This document shows, in pieces, positions 49,811 through 59,299 of a stretch of 64,000 bases of DNA; the stretch's first letter is position 1; each line of letters starts with the position of its first letter. This DNA is from an uncultured Planctomycetia bacterium (GTDB lineage Bacteria > Omnitrophota > Gorgyraeia > Duberdicusellales > 4484-171). The stretch covers positions 14,936 through 78,935 of the forward strand of contig CAZWON010000002.1 in assembly GCA_964635565.1 (NCBI GenBank), given 5' to 3'. The notes under the pieces are model-generated. The model worked only from the letters and a program-made list of their open reading frames with translations. It was not told the DNA's origin and ran no database searches. The translations under genes and the position numbers were made by a program.

Positions 49811-50339
49811 AATAATTTAATACCTCCTTGTTTACTTTTATAGAAGGATTGATCTTTTTATACATTCCATAAGTTTTTATATAAATTAAAGGAGCAACTT
49901 TTTTAAATACTCTAAAGGAAATACTTTTATCAATGTTTCTGTGAGAAAAGAAAACAAAAGCGCAAAATAAAAAAATGCTTACAATAGTTGATGCTCTTAA
50001 AATTCCTAAAATACATGCTATAATCCTTTCTCCTAAAGCATGCCTTTCTTTAAGAGAAATTATAGAAATAATTCTGGATATAAGAAAGAAAATAAAAAGA
50101 GTGAAAAAGAAAATGATAAAAAAAGATAATGGGTCAAGAATACTTCTATCAAAAGAAAACGGTTCTTTCCCAAAAAACTCTCCCAAAAACAAAGAATAAT
50201 ACTGTAAAGAAAAAAAGGAAACAAGGAAAATACCTAATAATTTAACTATTTCATAGATAAGTCCTCGCTGAAATGCAATGTAAATTATACGTATAAAAAG
50301 AACTAAAGAAAGAAAATCTATCCACGGGAATTTACCCAT
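49764..50339 (-). CDS. cvpA: CvpA-family membrane protein.
   Basis: MGKFPWIDFLSLVLFIRIIYIAFQRGLIYEIVKLLG. Confidence 0.6.
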   Translation of the reverse strand: MGKFPWIDFLSLVLFIRIIYIAFQRGLIYEIVKLLGIFLVSFFSLQYYSLFLGEFFGKEPFSFDRSILDPLSFFIIFFFTLFIFFLISRIISIISLKERHALGERIIACILGILRASTIVSIFLFCAFVFFSHRNIDKSISFRVFKKVAPLIYIKTYGMYKKINPSIKVNKEVLNYYEAVKNLPGSNKKRY

Positions 50340-50477
50340 TAATTTCCTTAATTTTAAACTTCAAACTCTCTTTTTATTATTAAGAGAGCTAAAGAATTAA
50401 TTAGTATATAACATATTGAATAAGAATTGTCAAGAAAACGTTTACGAGAAATTATCTTAAAAATTACCCTCTCTGGC

Positions 50478-51737
50478 TTATTTTTTTAATCCTTCTAAAT
50501 AATTCAAAAACTCTCGTATCCTTTTTTCTTCGCCCACACGTGAAGGAAAATAGTATTTCTTAGTAGCACCATACTCCTGTTTTATATAACTACCGATTTT
50601 TTGATGTTCGGTGTAGCTGTGGGGGTATTTATAATCGGAAGCATAAGTCTTTAGGTGCGAAGGCACCTCTTTATTTTCTGCTCTCTTAACATCCTCCATA
50701 GCATTACTGAAAGCTTTGTAAGAAGCATTGGACTTTACAGAACAAGCAAGATAAATAGTGGTCTGCGCAAGAATGAGACCTGCTTCAGGCATTCCTACAA
50801 ATTCAACAGCTTGAAAACAACTCGTTGCCAATACTAAAGAAAAAGGATTAACATTCCCTATATCTTCGCTTGCTAATATCACAAGTCTGCGAGCAATAAA
50901 ACGAGGATCTTCTCCAGAAACTAACATTTTTGCTAACCAATAAAGAGCGCTGTCAGGATCAGAGCCACGCACTGATTTGATAAAAGCAGAGATAGTATCA
51001 TAATGATAGCTGTCTTTCTTATCGTAAAAAATATTTTTCTGAATGGTTTCTTTCGCTACCTCTAAATCAAACTTTATCTTACCATCTTTATCAGAAGGTG
51101 TAGTTAATACTCCTAATTCTAAGCTACTTAATGCCCGGCGGGCATCTCCACAAGAATTTATGGCAATGTAATCTAAAGCATCCTCAGTAATTACTACAGC
51201 AAAGTTTCCTAAACCCTTCTTATCTTCTAAAGCTCTTTTTAATATCAAAATGATTTGTTCTTTACTTAAGGGTTTAAATTCTGCTAATACAGAACGGGAT
51301 AAAAGTGAAGGGATAAGATAATACCGAGGATTATAGATTGTTGCCCCAATAAAAATTACTGTCCCCTTTTCCGTATCGGGAATAAGGGATTCCTGCTGGA
51401 GTTTATTGAAACGGTGAATCTCATCTATAAAAAGAACTGTTTTTGCATTACCTTTTTCTACCTTTTTATTTGCCTCTTTAAGAATATCTTTTATTTCTCT
51501 TACGGAAGAAAAAGCAGCATTCACATATCTAAACTCTCCTTGTGTATGACGAGCAATAATGAATCCTAAGGTAGTCTTTCCTGTCCCTGATGGCCCATAA
51601 AAAATAAGCGGAGGGATTCTCTTAGAGAAAATTATACGTCTTAAAAGCTTCTTTTCTCCCAGAATATGTTCCTGGCCAACAAAATCTTCTACTTTCTGAG
51701 GCCTTAGGCGAATAGTTAAAGGTAAGTCTTTCTGCAT
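50478..51737 (-). CDS. rarA: Replication-associated recombination protein A (AAA+).
   Basis: FYGPSGTGKTTLGFIIA. Start moved to MQKDLPLT because the track N-terminus runs through the GC-rich hairpin region. Confidence 0.8.
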   Translation of the reverse strand: MQKDLPLTIRLRPQKVEDFVGQEHILGEKKLLRRIIFSKRIPPLIFYGPSGTGKTTLGFIIARHTQGEFRYVNAAFSSVREIKDILKEANKKVEKGNAKTVLFIDEIHRFNKLQQESLIPDTEKGTVIFIGATIYNPRYYLIPSLLSRSVLAEFKPLSKEQIILILKRALEDKKGLGNFAVVITEDALDYIAINSCGDARRALSSLELGVLTTPSDKDGKIKFDLEVAKETIQKNIFYDKKDSYHYDTISAFIKSVRGSDPDSALYWLAKMLVSGEDPRFIARRLVILASEDIGNVNPFSLVLATSCFQAVEFVGMPEAGLILAQTTIYLACSVKSNASYKAFSNAMEDVKRAENKEVPSHLKTYASDYKYPHSYTEHQKIGSYIKQEYGATKKYYFPSRVGEEKRIREFLNYLEGLKK

Positions 51738-51739
51738 AA

Positions 51740-51958
51740 TGAACTTAAAAAAAATCCCTGCCTTCAGTCCGTCGCAGGTTGCCGCTCTCAGTCCATTCCT
51801 CATACACGTGGGCGCCGCATCTTAGTGCCGCAGCACTAAGAGATATAAGCTCCCTTTTCTGAACTGTTGGCTGTAGCGCTATTACCTGCCGACGAGACAG
51901 GCAGGGATCTTTTCTTTCCATTATAATATACCACTTATATTTCCTATTTTCAAGGAAG
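51740..51958 (-). promoter_or_regulatory. GC-rich structured intergenic region with three hairpins (CCTGCC/GGCAGG, TCTTAGTGC-CGCA-GCACTAAGA, and a GGCAGGG hairpin followed by a T8 run). Probably pheST terminator(s), possibly a leader or ncRNA.
   Basis: Seen directly. Locally much higher GC than the surroundings. Confidence 0.4.
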
Positions 51959-51959
51959 C

Positions 51960-53942
51960 TTATCGCAAAGTAATCCCTTCTTTCTTAGAAAGTTCGTCGC
52001 GTAATTTAAAATGCAATTTGTCCACCTCTTCAGCAGTTAAAGTTTTATCTTTTGCCTGATAAAAAATTCTTAAAGTAAGAAACACAAAGCCCTTAGGAGT
52101 ATCTTTCCCTCGGTAGATATCAAGAATACGGTAACGATAAAATGTGGCTGTTAAGATATCAGAAATTGTTTTTTCTATTTCTTTAAATTTAACATCCTTT
52201 TTTAAGACCAAACTAATATCCCGAAAAACTACAGGATATCTACTAAAAGCTGAGTAGGTGATATCTCTTTTCAAAAAAGCCGCAAGTTTTATATCCATTT
52301 CAAAAAAACTCAATTTACTTTTTAAGTTAAAAATGGTTGTTTTTGGGTTTAGAACTCCTAAAAATCCTAAATTTTTATTATCTGCTATAATCTTTATTCC
52401 ACTTAAGAAATTCTCTTTTTTATCTTCTAAAAACTTTGCTTTCTTTATATTTAAAAACTTTATTATCTTTTCTACAATCCCCTTTAAATAATAAAACCCC
52501 CCTGACTCTTCATTAACTATACACCCCAAAAAAGGCTCCTCCAATATTTTTTTATTATATCTCTTATATACATCTGCTATCTCAAAGAATCTTAAATTAC
52601 TATTCTTCTGATTAATGTTATAGCGCATAGCCTCAACCATCCCTAAAAGCAATGTTGTTCTTAAAGCGTTCTCTTCGTGTCTTAGAGGATTATCAAGAAT
52701 AATGAAATTTTTTTCCTTTAAGGCATCAAGCTTCTCTATGCTGGTAAGACTATAAGTAATAATTTCGCTAAGTCCCAATCGTAAAAGAAATTCTTTCAAT
52801 TCTTCCTTAAAAATACATAAAGAATCCCTTTTGTGGGAATACCTTAATAAAGGCAATTCCTCTTTTATAAAGTTGTAACCATAACAACGAGCGATTTCCT
52901 CAAAAATATCTTCTTTTATACTAATATCTGTTCTAAAAAAGGGAGGAAAGACAAAAAAGTTTTCTTTACTCTTAACTTTTACAGTAAAGCCAAGGTTACT
53001 AAGGATTGTTTTTACATTATTAAAAGAAAAAATCTTACCTATATAAGTATTCAGTTGTGATAAATTAAAATATATCCTCTTTTTAGAAAGAGAAACCTTC
53101 TTACCAACTTTCTTGTATCCAGAATTTATTCCTCCACAAGTTCTAATAATAAAATCAGCAGCATCATAAGAAGCTATCTCTAAAAGCTTACTTAAAACAC
53201 CCCTCTCAAAACGATAAGAAGAGTCTGTATCTAATCCTACACTTCTGCGGGAGCGCCTAATAGTAAGCGGAGAAAAAATAGCTCCTTCTAGTAAAATATT
53301 CTTCGTATTGAAATCTACTTCTGTATTTTTCGCTCCTATTACTCCTGCAAGAGCAATTACTTTTTTATCATCGCTAATAACCAGATTCTCTCTACTTAAT
53401 AAATATTCCTTATTATCTAAACCAACAAAAGTCTCTTTATCTTTTGCTCTTCTAATATGAATATTTCCTTCTATTTTGTCAAAGTCAAATGCATGCAGAG
53501 GATTGCCCCATTTAAGCATACAATAATTAGTAATATCAACGACACTATTAACGCTATTAATCCCACAGTTAATGACCTTTTCTTTAACGTTCCTTATTGA
53601 AGGAAGTATCTTTACATTTTTAATAAGTCTAGCAATATAAAGAGGGCAGTCACGGAAATCTTCTATATCAATTGAAATTTCTTTAAGAAGAGGGGTATAA
53701 GTTACCTTAGGAATTTTAAATTTAATTCTCTTACCACATAAACCTGCCAGCTCATGGGCAATGCCAAAAATAGAAAGCCAATCACTACGGTTAGAAGTCA
53801 CTTCTGCTTCAAAAATATAATCTCCCTTTACCTTTTTGATATCTTCAATCTCTAAGCCTCCCATTGTTAAAATAGAGGCTATTTTACGGGGAGACATTTT
53901 AAAATCTAAAAACTCTTTTAAGAAACTCAAACTAAACTTCAT
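51960..53942 (-). CDS. pheT: Phenylalanine--tRNA ligase beta subunit (short form, 660 aa).
   Basis: MKFSLSFLKEF N-terminus. B3/4 and class II core region. Confidence 0.8.
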   Translation of the reverse strand: MKFSLSFLKEFLDFKMSPRKIASILTMGGLEIEDIKKVKGDYIFEAEVTSNRSDWLSIFGIAHELAGLCGKRIKFKIPKVTYTPLLKEISIDIEDFRDCPLYIARLIKNVKILPSIRNVKEKVINCGINSVNSVVDITNYCMLKWGNPLHAFDFDKIEGNIHIRRAKDKETFVGLDNKEYLLSRENLVISDDKKVIALAGVIGAKNTEVDFNTKNILLEGAIFSPLTIRRSRRSVGLDTDSSYRFERGVLSKLLEIASYDAADFIIRTCGGINSGYKKVGKKVSLSKKRIYFNLSQLNTYIGKIFSFNNVKTILSNLGFTVKVKSKENFFVFPPFFRTDISIKEDIFEEIARCYGYNFIKEELPLLRYSHKRDSLCIFKEELKEFLLRLGLSEIITYSLTSIEKLDALKEKNFIILDNPLRHEENALRTTLLLGMVEAMRYNINQKNSNLRFFEIADVYKRYNKKILEEPFLGCIVNEESGGFYYLKGIVEKIIKFLNIKKAKFLEDKKENFLSGIKIIADNKNLGFLGVLNPKTTIFNLKSKLSFFEMDIKLAAFLKRDITYSAFSRYPVVFRDISLVLKKDVKFKEIEKTISDILTATFYRYRILDIYRGKDTPKGFVFLTLRIFYQAKDKTLTAEEVDKLHFKLRDELSKKEGITLR

Positions 53943-54963
53943 AGAATTGATTCAAAAATCTTACATCGTTTTCGTAAAATAAGCGAATGTCATTTATCCC
54001 ATACTTAAGCATAGCAATTCTATCTATACCCATTCCAAAAGCAAAACCTGTATATTTTAGAGGGTTAATCCCACAATACTTTAAAACCTTGGGATGTATC
54101 ATCCCACATCCCAATATCTCAAGCCACCCTTTATGGGAGCATACACTACAACCTTTACCCTTACATATCATACAACTTATATCTACCTCTGCTGACGGTT
54201 CAGTAAAAGGGAAAAAATGGGGACGAAAACGTAAATCTACGTCAGAAGAAAAAAAACTTTTAGCAAAATAAAATAGAACACCTTTGAGATGGGAAAAACT
54301 TATGTTTTTATCTACACAAAACCCTTCAATCTGATGGAACATAAAAGAATGCGAAGCATCTACCTTATCAGGTCTATAAACTCTGCCCGGAGAGATTACC
54401 GCTAAAGGGGGTTTATTATTTTCCATTATCCTAATTTGCGAAGGAGAAGTATGACTACGTAAAAGTAGACACCCTCTTTTTTTCTCGTAAGAAGGAAGAT
54501 TAAGATAAAAAGTATCAAAAGCTTCTCTAGAGGGGTGCTCTAAAGGTATATTAAGAGCAGTAAAATTATGCCATTCATCTTCTATTTCTCTTCCTTCAAT
54601 AACAACAAACCCTATCCTTTCAAAAATACCACATATTTTCTGATTAACTACACTTAAAATATGTTTCCTGCCAAAATAAATCTCTTGGGAAGGAAAAGTA
54701 ACATCTAATTCTTCTTGCTCTTCAGAAAAAGTACTTATTCTGTTATTAATAATCTCGGTTATTTTTTGTTTAAGACTATTCAAATTACGACCAAAGGAAG
54801 CTCTTTCTTCTTTTTCAAGATGGCTGATTTTAGAAAAAAGTTGATTAATAGTTGACTTCCTCCCTAGATATTTAATACGTAACCTTTCTAAATCATTAAG
54901 GCCATTAATTTCTCTGAACTCTTTTAGAAAATCTTCTTCTATTTTTTTAATATCTTCGTGCAT
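53932..54963 (-). CDS. pheS: Phenylalanine--tRNA ligase alpha subunit.
   Basis: FRPHFFPFTEPSAEVDI, GFAFGMGIDRIAML. Confidence 0.9.
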   Translation of the reverse strand: MHEDIKKIEEDFLKEFREINGLNDLERLRIKYLGRKSTINQLFSKISHLEKEERASFGRNLNSLKQKITEIINNRISTFSEEQEELDVTFPSQEIYFGRKHILSVVNQKICGIFERIGFVVIEGREIEDEWHNFTALNIPLEHPSREAFDTFYLNLPSYEKKRGCLLLRSHTSPSQIRIMENNKPPLAVISPGRVYRPDKVDASHSFMFHQIEGFCVDKNISFSHLKGVLFYFAKSFFSSDVDLRFRPHFFPFTEPSAEVDISCMICKGKGCSVCSHKGWLEILGCGMIHPKVLKYCGINPLKYTGFAFGMGIDRIAMLKYGINDIRLFYENDVRFLNQFYEV

Positions 54964-55462
54964 ATCTTAATCTTATAAAATAAATAACTACCAACACCAG
55001 ACACATTATAGCTAAGCTTATTGAAATTTTTTCTTTTAATTTAGAAACATTCTCTTTTAAAATATATCCTTTATGTAAAACCTCTATATTTAAAAGATGA
55101 ATATCCCGCTCAGCATGAAGAGGGCAGTTTTTATAAAAAATCCCTTTGACTTCTATTATATCTCCTTTTGTATGATAGTTACCCAGATATTTAACATTTT
55201 TTAATAGGTTCCTTTTGGGTACATAAATTCCTATATTATACCCTTCACTGAGAAGATTAATCCACACACCTTTTTGAGAATCTTTTAAAATATCTCCTAT
55301 AACTTCTCCTTTTAAGATTACAACTTTTCTATCAAAAAGATTGGGATGCTTAAGTATCTCCTTTAAAGTTGTCCTATTATAACTCCATACCCTGCCTTCT
55401 GTCGGAAAGAAGAGCATAATCAATATCAAAATACTTACTTTCTTTAACTTCTTTATTTTCAT
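54947..55462 (-). CDS. Hypothetical membrane-anchored protein (signal peptide, C-terminal TM).
   Basis: Hydrophobic N- and C-termini only. Confidence 0.35.
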   Translation of the reverse strand: MKIKKLKKVSILILIMLFFPTEGRVWSYNRTTLKEILKHPNLFDRKVVILKGEVIGDILKDSQKGVWINLLSEGYNIGIYVPKRNLLKNVKYLGNYHTKGDIIEVKGIFYKNCPLHAERDIHLLNIEVLHKGYILKENVSKLKEKISISLAIMCLVLVVIYFIRLRYARRY

Positions 55463-56943
55463 TTTTTAAATAAAGAAAAAATAAAACCTAACATAACAAA
55501 TACCGCCAAAAATTCCAACCTTCCTATCCACATCTGAAGAATATAAACAACTTTTAGAACTGCTGGCATAGAAGGATGGGTTATACCCAAAGATAAACCT
55601 ACATTAGCAGTAGCAGACACTGATTCAAAAAGAGAGGCCAACAGAGGATAACCTAAAAATATTCCTATTATAGCACCTATAAGATAAGTGACTAAAAATA
55701 AACTACAGAAAATGAATATCTCCTTTATTCTCTTATCATCAATCATCTTATCTTCAAGGTGGTGATAACTATCTTTATATACTGCCTTAAATGGCATCAT
55801 TAATCTTCTAATTTCCATAAAAAAAGATTTAAACACAAGACCTAAACGCATAAGCTTAACTCCTCCTGTAGTAGAACAAACTCCTCCTCCGATCATCATA
55901 GCAAATATAATTGCCAATAAGCTTAAACTACTTATCCCTTTTAATTCTCCAAAAGCTAAATTGGTAAATCCACACCCTGTATGAGCTGAGATTAATTGAT
56001 AAAATCCTTTACGAAAAATAGAAAAATGAGAAAGACCCCTTAGAGAGAAAAAAAGCATAAACAAAAGCAAAAAAAAGCTTACCATAAAAGTCCTTATTTC
56101 AAAATTCTTAAATATTTCTCTCTTATCCTTAAACCATATCCAAAAATGAAGATTAAAGTTAATTGCTCCTAACATCATAAGAATAATGGTTATAAATTCT
56201 AAATTTAAAGAATGATAATAGACAATATTTTGAGCTTGTGGAGCAAACCCTCCTGTATCAAATGAAGCAAAGAAAATCCACAAACCATGGAGAAACGCTC
56301 TGTCTAAACTCATCCCTTTATGAGAAAGAAAAATTGTTAAAATAAAAACTCCTGTTATCAAATAAATAATACTTACCTTCCATATAAATCGAGAGGTGGC
56401 AATAATATTAGGTAATATTTTTTCTGTTCTGGCTTCCCCTATGTACAATCCTAAAACCGGTCCTTTGGCATGAAAAAGAAGAGAAATGCTTGCAAGAATG
56501 ATTCCCTGACCACCAATAAACATCATAAGATGGCGCCACATATTATGAGAGAAAGAGAGATGATCTAAATCTCTCACTAATGTCAAACCTGTGGTAGCAA
56601 ACCCACTCATAGCTTCAAACCAGGCATCAAGAAAACCAAGATAATGCGAAGATAAATACAGAGGAACCGCCCCCAACAAAGAAGCAATAAGCCAACCCAA
56701 GCTTACAATAAAAAAGGTATGAATCCGGCTAATTTCTTTTTTGAGAGGGAAAATCATCATTAAACTTATTCCTAAAATCGCTGAAAAAGAAATTGCTAAA
56801 GAAAAATCATAGAAGGCAGATACTTCTTTATAGAAGATAGCAATCAAAAAAGGTAAAACGAGACACAGGCTTAAGCCGACAATAATTCTTCCTAAAACAT
56901 GAAAAATTGTGGAAAAATCGTCTCTATCGGGGGATATGGTCAT
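55459..56943 (-). CDS. trkH: TrkH/KtrB-family K+ transporter.
   Basis: Selectivity-filter-like GFATTGLT, FDTGGF, CSTTGGV, ANVGLSLG. Confidence 0.8.
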   Translation of the reverse strand: MTISPDRDDFSTIFHVLGRIIVGLSLCLVLPFLIAIFYKEVSAFYDFSLAISFSAILGISLMMIFPLKKEISRIHTFFIVSLGWLIASLLGAVPLYLSSHYLGFLDAWFEAMSGFATTGLTLVRDLDHLSFSHNMWRHLMMFIGGQGIILASISLLFHAKGPVLGLYIGEARTEKILPNIIATSRFIWKVSIIYLITGVFILTIFLSHKGMSLDRAFLHGLWIFFASFDTGGFAPQAQNIVYYHSLNLEFITIILMMLGAINFNLHFWIWFKDKREIFKNFEIRTFMVSFFLLLFMLFFSLRGLSHFSIFRKGFYQLISAHTGCGFTNLAFGELKGISSLSLLAIIFAMMIGGGVCSTTGGVKLMRLGLVFKSFFMEIRRLMMPFKAVYKDSYHHLEDKMIDDKRIKEIFIFCSLFLVTYLIGAIIGIFLGYPLLASLFESVSATANVGLSLGITHPSMPAVLKVVYILQMWIGRLEFLAVFVMLGFIFSLFKK

Positions 56944-57071
56944 GATTAAAATATTAAAATACTGTCGAAAGAATATACCCCATAAATATTACACAAACAC
57001 AGAAAAGAATTTCTACAATAATACCAAAAATAATCTTCATCTAATTACGGAAATGGACGCTATTTGTATAT

Positions 57072-57737
57072 TCACAATTTTCCGATAAGCGATCTTATTA
57101 ACTGCTTTTCATTATCAATAATAGTCACAGCAATAATTTCATCGCCTGCTAATATTTTGGTTAAGCCTGAAGGAATAATTATTTCGGGCCCCCTTAATAT
57201 AGAAATAAGCACTGCGCTGGGAGGAAGAGAAATGTCCCGCAATATTTTATTTACTACAGGAGCATTTTGAGGTATATCTACCCTAACAATAGAAAGCCTC
57301 CCTTTTTTAATACTTAAAAGATTCATTACATCGGAAAAAGATGCTTCTTCTTCTACGATTCTTGCTAATATAGAAGTGGAATCAATGGGAACATCAACAT
57401 CCATATGTTTATAGAGAAGAAGATGTTTGGGGTCGTTAACACGAGAAACTGTCCTTTTTATAGAAAAGGCATCCTTAGCAATATTACAAATAATAATATT
57501 ATCTGCATCGGATGAGGTTGTACTTACCAATATATCGGCCTTTTCTACCTTTGCTGACTTTAATACATCAGGATTGGTGGCATCTCCTTGAATAATAAGG
57601 ACTCCTTTTAATTCTTCTGCAAGACGATTACACACTACTTCTGATTTATCAATAATGGAAACTTGATGTTTATCTTCTTTAAGTTTTTTGGCTAAAAGTA
57701 TACCCAACCTTCCTGCTCCGGCAATTATAATAAACAT
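57072..57737 (-). CDS. trkA: TrkA/KtrA regulatory subunit (RCK N and C domains).
   Basis: IIIAGAGRLGILLAKKL Rossmann motif. Confidence 0.75.
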   Translation of the reverse strand: MFIIIAGAGRLGILLAKKLKEDKHQVSIIDKSEVVCNRLAEELKGVLIIQGDATNPDVLKSAKVEKADILVSTTSSDADNIIICNIAKDAFSIKRTVSRVNDPKHLLLYKHMDVDVPIDSTSILARIVEEEASFSDVMNLLSIKKGRLSIVRVDIPQNAPVVNKILRDISLPPSAVLISILRGPEIIIPSGLTKILAGDEIIAVTIIDNEKQLIRSLIGKL

Positions 57738-58123
57738 TTTTTAAAAACCTCTACTAAAATATAAGTTTTATTTACTATAATCAATCCTTCTTCAGAAAAT
57801 ATCCTCTTTTTGGTTGTGTCATATACTTGAAGAGCTATTTTTTTTATATTCTTATAGAGTTTCTTTGCCACTTTGCTTATAACAATATTCACATTATCAT
57901 TGCCTGTAGCTAAAATCAACGTATCTGCTTCTTTTATTCCTGCAGTCTCTAATACTTTAAGGTCTAAAGCATCACCCAATACTTTTCTTCCATTAAAATC
58001 TTCTCCCAAAGCATCCAAGGCATGTTTTATTCTATCAATAACAACTACATTATGCTCTTTAGAAAACTCCTGGGCCAACTCCTTTCCTGTCTTACCGCAT
58101 CCAATAATCACTATGTACTTCAT
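57725..58123 (-). CDS. TrkA-N (RCK N-domain only) protein.
   Basis: IVIIGCGKTGKELAQEF. Confidence 0.65.
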   Translation of the reverse strand: MKYIVIIGCGKTGKELAQEFSKEHNVVVIDRIKHALDALGEDFNGRKVLGDALDLKVLETAGIKEADTLILATGNDNVNIVISKVAKKLYKNIKKIALQVYDTTKKRIFSEEGLIIVNKTYILVEVFKKCLL

Positions 58124-58136
58124 TTCTCTTTAAAAA

Positions 58137-58481
58137 TTAGTTTTTAGCTAACTCTACAAGCATATCAAAAGCTTTAGGCTCTTCAACAGCAATTTGAGCA
58201 AGGATATCCCGAGAAAGTAACACCTTTTTTTCCTTAAGACGTGCAATAAATTCTCTGTAGCTTAAACCTCTTTCTCTTAGGGCTGCATTAATCCTTGTTA
58301 TCCAAAGAGAGCGAAACTCTCTTTTTTTTACTCTTCTGTCACGGTAGGCGTAAACTAAAGCTCTACGCACTGACTCCTTTGCCCGCCTATACTGTTTAGA
58401 ACGTTTTCCCCAAAATCCTTTTGCCAATTTTAAAATTTTTTTCTTTCTTTTCTTAGCTGATACTGCGTGTTTAGTCTTCAT
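58137..58481 (-). CDS. rplT: 50S ribosomal protein L20.
   Basis: RRAKESVRRALVYAYRDRRVKKREFRSLWITRINAA. Confidence 0.9.
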   Translation of the reverse strand: MKTKHAVSAKKRKKKILKLAKGFWGKRSKQYRRAKESVRRALVYAYRDRRVKKREFRSLWITRINAALRERGLSYREFIARLKEKKVLLSRDILAQIAVEEPKAFDMLVELAKN

Positions 58482-58501
58482 ATAAACTCCTTTTCTCCTT
58501 T

Positions 58502-58702
58502 CTATCTACTATAGGGCAATGCTTCTTTTATGAGGCGACGTTCACTGGAAGAAACCTTACTGGACCTTCTTAAACTTCTTTTTCTTTTTTGGGATTTACC
58601 GCTTAATAAATGTCTACGACCTGATTTACGACGTAGCATTTTCTTCTTCTTGGTAATTTTTATCCTTTTCGCTAAGGCTTTCTTTGTTTTCAACTTAGGC
58701 AT
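58502..58702 (-). CDS. rpmI: 50S ribosomal protein L35.
   Basis: RBS GGAGG, then MPKLKTKKALAKRIK. The track ORF is extended 5'. Confidence 0.85.
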   Translation of the reverse strand: MPKLKTKKALAKRIKITKKKKMLRRKSGRRHLLSGKSQKRKRSLRRSSKVSSSERRLIKEALPYSR

Positions 58703-58792
58703 AAATCCTCCTTTACAATAACATAGCAAGGTAAATATTTTATAGAAATTGTGAGCATTTTATCCGCTCTTTTTAACGGTAATTTTCTTAAG

Positions 58793-59299
58793 CTATTTGG
58801 GAGCAAAAATAGTTATTATAGAGTGCCCTACAGTTTTTGGCTCTTTATCTACACGCCCAACCCCTTGAATATCATTTATCAATCTATCAATTATTCCCTT
58901 ACCTAACTCTTGATGCGCAATTTCTCTCCCTTTAAAAAACATTCTAATTTTAACTTTAAATCCTCTTTTTAGAAAATCCTGAATATGTTTTAATTTAACT
59001 GCATAATCGTGTGATTCTATGCGGGGTGTAATTCGGATCTCTTTAAGCTGGGAATGCCGCTGGTGTTTTTTTGCTTCTTTTTCTTTCTTTTCCTGCTCAT
59101 ATTTATATTTAGTAAAATCCATTATCCGACAAACGGGAGGATTAGCCTGAGGCGCTATTTCCACTAAATCCGAATCAAACTCTTCTGCTTTTTTTAAAGC
59201 AAGCTCTCTAGGAAATATACCTAATTGTTCTCCATCAGGACCAATTACGCGAACCGTTTTAGAAAAAATCCTCTCGTTTACACGAACATACCGTTTAAT
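58793..59299 (-). CDS. infC: Translation initiation factor IF-3, with an ATT start codon.
   Basis: Upstream of the track M, the frame continues IKRYVRVNERIFSKTVRVIGPDGEQLGIF...LVEIAPQANPPVCRIMDF. AAGGAGGTG, 4-nt spacer, then ATT. The classic infC AUU start. Confidence 0.8.
   Translation of the reverse strand: MKRYVRVNERIFSKTVRVIGPDGEQLGIFPRELALKKAEEFDSDLVEIAPQANPPVCRIMDFTKYKYEQEKKEKEAKKHQRHSQLKEIRITPRIESHDYAVKLKHIQDFLKRGFKVKIRMFFKGREIAHQELGKGIIDRLINDIQGVGRVDKEPKTVGHSIITIFAPK

Noticed and set aside
51738-51803. N-terminal 22 aa of the track's rarA ORF.
   Set aside because: It is translated through the GC-rich hairpin/terminator region. MQKDLPLT is the conserved RarA N-terminus.
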